From positions 1,590,001 to 1,622,000 of the forward strand of contig NC_016803.1 in NCBI RefSeq assembly GCF_000189295.2: DNA of 32,000 nt. The letters run 5' to 3'. The notes below the pieces were generated by a model, which saw only the letters and a program-made list of their open reading frames with translations, was not told where the DNA came from and searched no databases. Origin of the DNA: Pseudodesulfovibrio mercurii (GTDB taxonomy: Bacteria; Desulfobacterota; Desulfovibrionia; Desulfovibrionales; Desulfovibrionaceae). The translations under genes were made by a program, and so were the position numbers. This document shows, in pieces, positions 27,871-32,000 of the stretch. Position 1 is the stretch's first letter. Each line of letters opens with the position of its first letter.

Positions 27871-28797
27871 CTACTTGCTCTTGCCCTTGCCGTTGCCGCC
27901 GGCATTGGAGGAGTTGCTCTTGCTCTTGCCGTTGCCGCCGGCATTGGAGTTCGAGTTGCCACGGCCCGAGGAATCGTTGTCCTTGGAGGAGCTGGAGTTC
28001 TTGGCCCCGGTCTTGGCCTTGTCCGAGGCCCGGCTCAGGCCGACAGCCTTGGAACCGTTGCCGCCGCTCACGCCAGGGGTCTTGGACACGCCGGTCTTGA
28101 CGTCGCGGCTCGTGGCGTTGCCCGGCTGGGCGGCCACGGCGGCCATGGTCTGACGCTCGCCCCGGCTCTTGGTCTCGGCCATGGTCTGGTGCTGGAACTG
28201 GTTCCGGTGCCCGAGACCGAGGGTGCTCGGGTGCACGCCCAGTTCCTTGGCGATGACGCCCCAGCCCATGTCGTCGGCGCGCATGGAGGCGATGGTATCC
28301 AGGGAGACCGATGCGGCGTCGGCCACGGTCTGTTCGGCGCTGGTCCGGGCCGTCTCGAGGTCGGCCTGGGCGGCTTCAAGCTGGGCCAGGGCGGCTGCCT
28401 CGGCCTCTTCGTCCTCGGCGGCCTGGGCGTCGGACACGGCCTTCTCGGCGTCGGCCACGGCCTGTTCGGCGTCGCTCACGGCCTGCTCGGCGTCGGCCAC
28501 GGCCTGGGACGAGGCGGCGGCAGCGGCTTCAGCCAGGGCCTCGGCCTTGGCGGCCTGGGCCGGATTGGAGAAGGACGGAGCCTCCGCTTCCGTGTCGCCC
28601 GTATCGCCGGTATCGCCGGTGTCGCCGGTGTCACCGGTGTCACCAGTATCTCCGGTGTCGCCGGTATCGCCGGTCACCTCGCCGGTGGGGTCGCCGGTGG
28701 GATCATCCGTCTGCGCCATGGCGCGGGGAGCCGCGACCACCAGGGCGAGAAGCAGGACGACGAACCAAAAACTCAATCTATTCAACTTGGTAGACAT
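27871..28797 (-). CDS. Secreted low-complexity repetitive protein (acidic GDT repeats, Ala/Glu-rich coiled region, basic Gly/Asn/Ser/Lys tail)
   Basis: Signal peptide LSFWFVVLLLALVVAAPRAMA. Contains (GDT)x~9, four AVxDAE(Q/K) heptads, and a duplicated NAGGNGK(S/G)KS tail. No family was recognised. Confidence 0.65.
   Translation of the reverse strand: MSTKLNRLSFWFVVLLLALVVAAPRAMAQTDDPTGDPTGEVTGDTGDTGDTGDTGDTGDTGDTGDTGDTEAEAPSFSNPAQAAKAEALAEAAAAASSQAVADAEQAVSDAEQAVADAEKAVSDAQAAEDEEAEAAALAQLEAAQADLETARTSAEQTVADAASVSLDTIASMRADDMGWGVIAKELGVHPSTLGLGHRNQFQHQTMAETKSRGERQTMAAVAAQPGNATSRDVKTGVSKTPGVSGGNGSKAVGLSRASDKAKTGAKNSSSSKDNDSSGRGNSNSNAGGNGKSKSNSSNAGGNGKGKSK
27875..27949. repeat. 39-nt-period tandem duplication inside the CDS (C-terminal NAGGNGKxKS tail)
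   Basis: TTGCTCTTGC(C/T)CTTGCCGTTGCCGCCGGCATTGGAG occurs at 27875 and again at 27914. 35 of 36 nt are identical by eye. Confidence 0.8.
28426..28509. repeat. 21-nt x4 tandem repeat inside the CDS (AVxDAEQ heptads)
   Basis: The units GGCGTCGGACACGGCCTTCTC / GGCGTCGGCCACGGCCTGTTC / GGCGTCGCTCACGGCCTGCTC / GGCGTCGGCCACGGCCTGGGA are read directly from the sequence. Confidence 0.8.
28592..28672. repeat. 9-nt x9 tandem repeat inside the CDS ((Gly-Asp-Thr)n)
   Basis: Nine consecutive GT(A/G)TC(G/A/T)CC(G/C/A) units, in frame, encode GDT on the minus strand. Confidence 0.85.
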
Positions 28798-28817
28798 AAC
28801 ATTGTTCTCCAGTTTGC

Positions 28818-29774
28818 TTACCTAACTTCGGTGATAAAGTTCACCGACTGGTCCAGGGCGAAGGTCTTGTCGCCCACCTGAACCCGTTCGGCGGTTCCGA
28901 ACCAACTCAGAGGCAGCCTGTTCCGATCCACGTCCGGATGACCGTTGAGCATGTAGTCGCGCATGGCGATGGCGCGGGCCTTGGCAAGGGAAGCGTTCCC
29001 CTTGACGTACACGATCATATTCACCGCCAGCGACTTGTTGGCCTGCATCATCGCGCTGAGCACTTCCAATGAGGCCCTGTCATCGGCATCCGGAGCACTG
29101 GTCCCGGATTTGAACGTCATGCCTCGCAGCGTGACGTTCCGTTTTCCTATGATGTAATTGCGGTAGGTGAAGTCCCCGTGCAGATTGAGTTGCTCCGTGG
29201 CCGTCATGGCCATGCTCCCGTCGGGATAAAACTCCAGGAACTGCTTCCATGCCGCGATCTCATCGCTCTTCTTGTCAAGTTTTCCCAAGGCCCGGGCCCT
29301 GTTGTACAGCGCCTCCGGGTTGTACGGGTCCAATTCGAGGACCACGTCGTACTGCTTGAGGGCCTTTGCCCACTGTCCCCGGTCGATGTAGCCGTGTCCC
29401 AGGTACAGGTGGGCGGAAATATGCTTCGGGTCCAGGCTGATGGCCTTCTCGTAGGCCGCCCTTTCCCGGTCGAAATCCATCATGGCCCAGTAGGCCACCC
29501 CGGTCCAAAAGACGTAATCCGCGTTGTCCGGGGCCAGTCGAACGGCCTCATTCAAATAGGGCAGGCCGTCCTTGGGCTTGTTCAGGGCCAGGTAGTAGCG
29601 GCCCACGTAATAGGCGGAGGCGGCGTCCTCGGGATTTTCCTTGAGCTGCCCGCCCATGACCTTGATCCCTTCCTCGTACTGTTCCTGCTCCAGGTAGTAC
29701 GGCCCCATCACTTTGGCGCATCCGGCGGCGGCCAGGACGGATGCGATCAGCAGCATCGCGATGCACTTCTTCAC
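28818..29774 (-). CDS. TPR-repeat lipoprotein with a degenerate OmpA-like C-terminal domain (tentative)
   Basis: Lipobox LAAAGC. TPR-like repeats (AYYVGRYYLALNKPKDGLPYLNEAVRLAPDNA, AAYEKAISLDPKH, ALKQYDVVLELDPYNPEA). The C-terminal VTLRGMTFKSGTS...LAKARAIAMRDYML resembles OmpA_C but lacks the canonical peptidoglycan-binding residues. Confidence 0.65.
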   Translation of the reverse strand: MKKCIAMLLIASVLAAAGCAKVMGPYYLEQEQYEEGIKVMGGQLKENPEDAASAYYVGRYYLALNKPKDGLPYLNEAVRLAPDNADYVFWTGVAYWAMMDFDRERAAYEKAISLDPKHISAHLYLGHGYIDRGQWAKALKQYDVVLELDPYNPEALYNRARALGKLDKKSDEIAAWKQFLEFYPDGSMAMTATEQLNLHGDFTYRNYIIGKRNVTLRGMTFKSGTSAPDADDRASLEVLSAMMQANKSLAVNMIVYVKGNASLAKARAIAMRDYMLNGHPDVDRNRLPLSWFGTAERVQVGDKTFALDQSVNFITEVR

Positions 29775-29865
29775 TCAAAGACTCCCATGGGTTTCCGGGC
29801 CTCTCGACCCCTCAGTAGGATATACCGTGATCAGGGGAACAGGGTCACACAGAAATAAGGAAATG

Positions 29866-30645
29866 TTAATTAGAGATCGTGCGCCCGGTCAGGCTGCGGG
29901 AGGTGAAGCCCAGGCGGATGGACAGGTCGCCCAGGGTGCCGCCGTCCCCGAGCACGGCGACCGCGTTCTCGGCGATCTCCGGGTCGCGCACCCCCCGCTG
30001 CCGGGCGATGAGCACCAGCCGGACGAGGTAGCGCCACTCGGGGGTCAGGGCGTTCGCGTCGAACCCGGCCTTGAGCACGGTCCGGGTCAGGGCGTAGTCG
30101 AACCCGGCCTGGCCAAGGAGGGAGACCATCTCGGCGCCGGTCAGGAAGGGGTCGGGCTGTTGCCCGCCGAACTCGTTGACGTAGGCCTCCACGTCCGCGC
30201 GCGTGGCCCCCTTGGAGAGGCCTTCGCCGAGCGCCACCAGGACGCGGGCATCGGTCTTCCCGGATGGTCCTGGCAGGAGCCCGGCCACGAAGGCGTAGTC
30301 GTTGATGCGGACCTTGAGGGCGTGGACGATGAGCGCGGGCCTGACGTGCTTGGACAGCCCCTCCTCAAGCTTGTCCTCCAGCGGGGCCAGGGGGAGCTTG
30401 CGGTCGCAGGCCTCGACGAGCGGCGCGAGCAGGCTCGCCCCGTCGGCTTCGGTGAGGTCGCCCGAGGCCACGGCGGCGCGGACGCGGTCCACGGTTTCGG
30501 AGAAGACGCCGCACTGACGGGCGCGGTCGGCGAGGGTGGCGAGGCTTGCATCCCCGGCTCCCGCCGGGCGTGCCAGGAAGGTGAGGCACAGCACCAGCAG
30601 GAGGACCAGGGTGTGGAGGTTATAGCGTTTGTTCATGTTCTCCAT
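29866..30645 (-). CDS. Secreted hypothetical protein (helical, no recognised family)
   Basis: Signal peptide LHTLVLLLVLCLTFLARPAGAG. In an operon between the anti-sigma and TPR lipoprotein genes. The start is ATG 30645 or 30636, overlapping the anti-sigma 3' end. Confidence 0.55.
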   Translation of the reverse strand: MENMNKRYNLHTLVLLLVLCLTFLARPAGAGDASLATLADRARQCGVFSETVDRVRAAVASGDLTEADGASLLAPLVEACDRKLPLAPLEDKLEEGLSKHVRPALIVHALKVRINDYAFVAGLLPGPSGKTDARVLVALGEGLSKGATRADVEAYVNEFGGQQPDPFLTGAEMVSLLGQAGFDYALTRTVLKAGFDANALTPEWRYLVRLVLIARQRGVRDPEIAENAVAVLGDGGTLGDLSIRLGFTSRSLTGRTISN

Positions 30646-31192
30646 TCACAAAAACTATGGAATTCCGGTTGCCGAACCCGTCGTCGCTGGTCATGGGCGC
30701 GTTGGGATCGGGCACGAGCTGGTTCCCGTTGACCAGGAACAGGTATTCGTGGTCGCCCGGCGGCAGCTGGGCTTCGAGTACCCAGGCCTGCGCGTCCGAA
30801 CTGTACCACATGACCGAGCGTTCCGCCCGCCAATTGTTGAAGGACCCGATGACCGAGACCTTGCGGGCGTGCATGTCCGCATCGTGCAGGATGAAGCGCA
30901 CGGTGGCAAGTCTCGGGCCGACATTCTCCACGGGTTTCTGGGTGGTCACGAAGGCCAGGGCCAGCAGGGCCACGGCCAGGGTCATGGCCGGGATGGCCGT
31001 GATCGGCCGCACCGTCAGGACCCTGGGGCGCAGGAACCACAGGCGCAGCCGGGTCCACAGGGTCGGCCGCTTGGGATGCAGACGGGCCATGATCCGGTTG
31101 GTCAGGTCCGCCGGCGGATCGGCCTCGTGGGCCGTCTGCACGGCATGGATGATGACATCTTCCATGCGGGTGTCGAATTGCTTTTTCGTCAT
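30620..31192 (-). CDS. Anti-sigma factor: N-terminal cytoplasmic region, one TM helix, periplasmic CBM48/AMPK-beta-GBD-like (E-set) domain
   Basis: The ATG overlaps the sigma gene stop (ATGA). TM segment ITAIPAMTLAVALLALAFV. C-terminal VRFILHDADMHARKVSVIGSFNNW...GDHEYLFLVNGNQLVPDPNAP is typical of glycogen-binding-type E-set domains. Confidence 0.7.
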   Translation of the reverse strand: MTKKQFDTRMEDVIIHAVQTAHEADPPADLTNRIMARLHPKRPTLWTRLRLWFLRPRVLTVRPITAIPAMTLAVALLALAFVTTQKPVENVGPRLATVRFILHDADMHARKVSVIGSFNNWRAERSVMWYSSDAQAWVLEAQLPPGDHEYLFLVNGNQLVPDPNAPMTSDDGFGNRNSIVFVNGEHEQTL

Positions 31193-31752
31193 GGGTTGTT
31201 CCCCCCATCGAATTGTTGCCGGACCATGTCCAGCCCTCTGCTCAGTCGCATCTTGGCCGCGCTGACGCTGATCCCCAGGGTGCCCGCAATCTCCTGCATG
31301 GTGAAGTCATGCCGGTAGCGGAGAATGAGCGCCTCGCGGTATTTCGGGTCGAGGTCCATGACGGCCTCGAAGGCCTTGGCCCCGTCGAGCCGGTCGTTCA
31401 TGACCCTGGGCTCGTCCCGTCTGTCCCGTTCGCGGACCATGACCGCCGCGTCTTCCACGAACACGTGCCTGTCCCGGCCGTCCTTGCGGAGCCAGTCCCG
31501 AGCCACGTTCAGGGCCAGCGTGTACAGCCATGGGAAAAACCGTCTGCGCTGGTTGAAGGACTCAAGCTTCTCGTAGGCCCGGACAAAGGCATCCTGGGCG
31601 AGGTCGGCCGCGATGTCCGCGTCGCCCGCCATGCGCAGCATGAGATTGTACACGGGCCGCTGGTACTCGCGTACCAGGGTGCCGTACAGCTGGACATCGC
31701 CCAGCAGTATGTTCCGTACAATTTCCGCTTCGCGTTTCTCTTTCATTGCCAT
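31189..31752 (-). CDS. ECF-type RNA polymerase sigma-70 factor
   Basis: Region 2 DLAQDAFVRAYEKLESF...FFPWLYTLALNVARDWLRK. Region 4 FTMQEIAGTLGISVSAAKMRLSRGL. The start is probably ATG 31752 (MAMKEKRE); the track start at 31779 is also possible. Confidence 0.88.
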   Translation of the reverse strand: MAMKEKREAEIVRNILLGDVQLYGTLVREYQRPVYNLMLRMAGDADIAADLAQDAFVRAYEKLESFNQRRRFFPWLYTLALNVARDWLRKDGRDRHVFVEDAAVMVRERDRRDEPRVMNDRLDGAKAFEAVMDLDPKYREALILRYRHDFTMQEIAGTLGISVSAAKMRLSRGLDMVRQQFDGGNNP

Positions 31753-31888
31753 CCCAACGGCCCCGTCAACGGGCCGCAACTCATCTGCACCTAGTTATAC
31801 GCACCAGGACCCGTCCGGGTCACAGACTCTTGCCCGGCGATGCGTACTAGGCTATCACCATACACGCAGACCATAGGAGATAACAATC

Positions 31889-32000
31889 ATGGATCCCCGC
31901 GACAATGCGGTGCTTCGGGCCATTCGCGAACGCCGGTCCATCCGCAGGTTCACCGCCGAGCCGGTTTCGAAGGAACAGCTGACCGCCATCCTCGAGGCCG
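31889..32000 (+). CDS. Nitroreductase-family protein, 3'-truncated by window edge
   Basis: This ORF is not in the track because it is too short within the window. ATG 31889 is preceded by RBS AGGAGA (31875-31880). Translation MDPRDNAVLRAIRERRSIRRFTAEPVSKEQLTAILEA contains the RRSIRRF N-terminal nitroreductase hallmark. Confidence 0.7.
   Translation, partial: MDPRDNAVLRAIRERRSIRRFTAEPVSKEQLTAILEA

Noticed and set aside
28592-28672. Regularly spaced short repeats that might be mistaken for a CRISPR-like array.
   Set aside because: The period is only 9 nt with no spacers. The repeats are in frame inside a CDS and encode (GDT)n. No cas genes are present in the window.

Overview
High-GC bacterial chromosomal window; the Desulfovibrionaceae-like assignment is tentative and rests on composition and repeat style only. 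Coordinates that I derived by hand (internal starts, hairpins, repeats, tRNA) may be off by 1-2 nt.

LEFT (1-6470): the 3' end of an amino-acid ABC ATPase gene, a LysR regulator, and a complete urease cluster ureDABCEFG.

CENTRE (about 6.54-17.75 kb): an ~11-kb island with no integrase, lying downstream of tRNA-Ala(GGC). It is bracketed by imperfect ~93-nt direct repeats, each made of a tRNA-Ala 3' half plus a terminator hairpin. The island holds one tightly coupled minus-strand operon of four genes:
- an AddB-like Fe-S PD-(D/E)xK nuclease
- an AddA-like UvrD helicase with a RecB nuclease domain
- a McrB-family AAA+ GTPase with an unusual N-terminal reader-like module
- a DUF2357/McrC-like nuclease

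A divergently transcribed HTH-WYL-WCX regulator (BrxR/CapW-like) sits next to the operon. No methyltransferase is present. This is my candidate for the undescribed (defence) system.

RIGHT (17.9-32 kb):
- dppBC-like permeases coupled to a GNAT and an alginate-lyase-family protein
- recN flanked by inverted copies of a ~100-bp hairpin repeat
- a MarC-family protein and two tandem SBP-like paralogues
- an acyl-ACP thioesterase, a second GNAT, and an HD-GYP protein
- a five-gene ECF sigma/anti-sigma envelope operon ending in a highly repetitive secreted protein
- the 5' end of a nitroreductase-like gene

No CRISPR array, rRNA, transposase or integrase was seen. Many long ORFs in the track are antisense or out-of-frame artefacts of GC-rich DNA.
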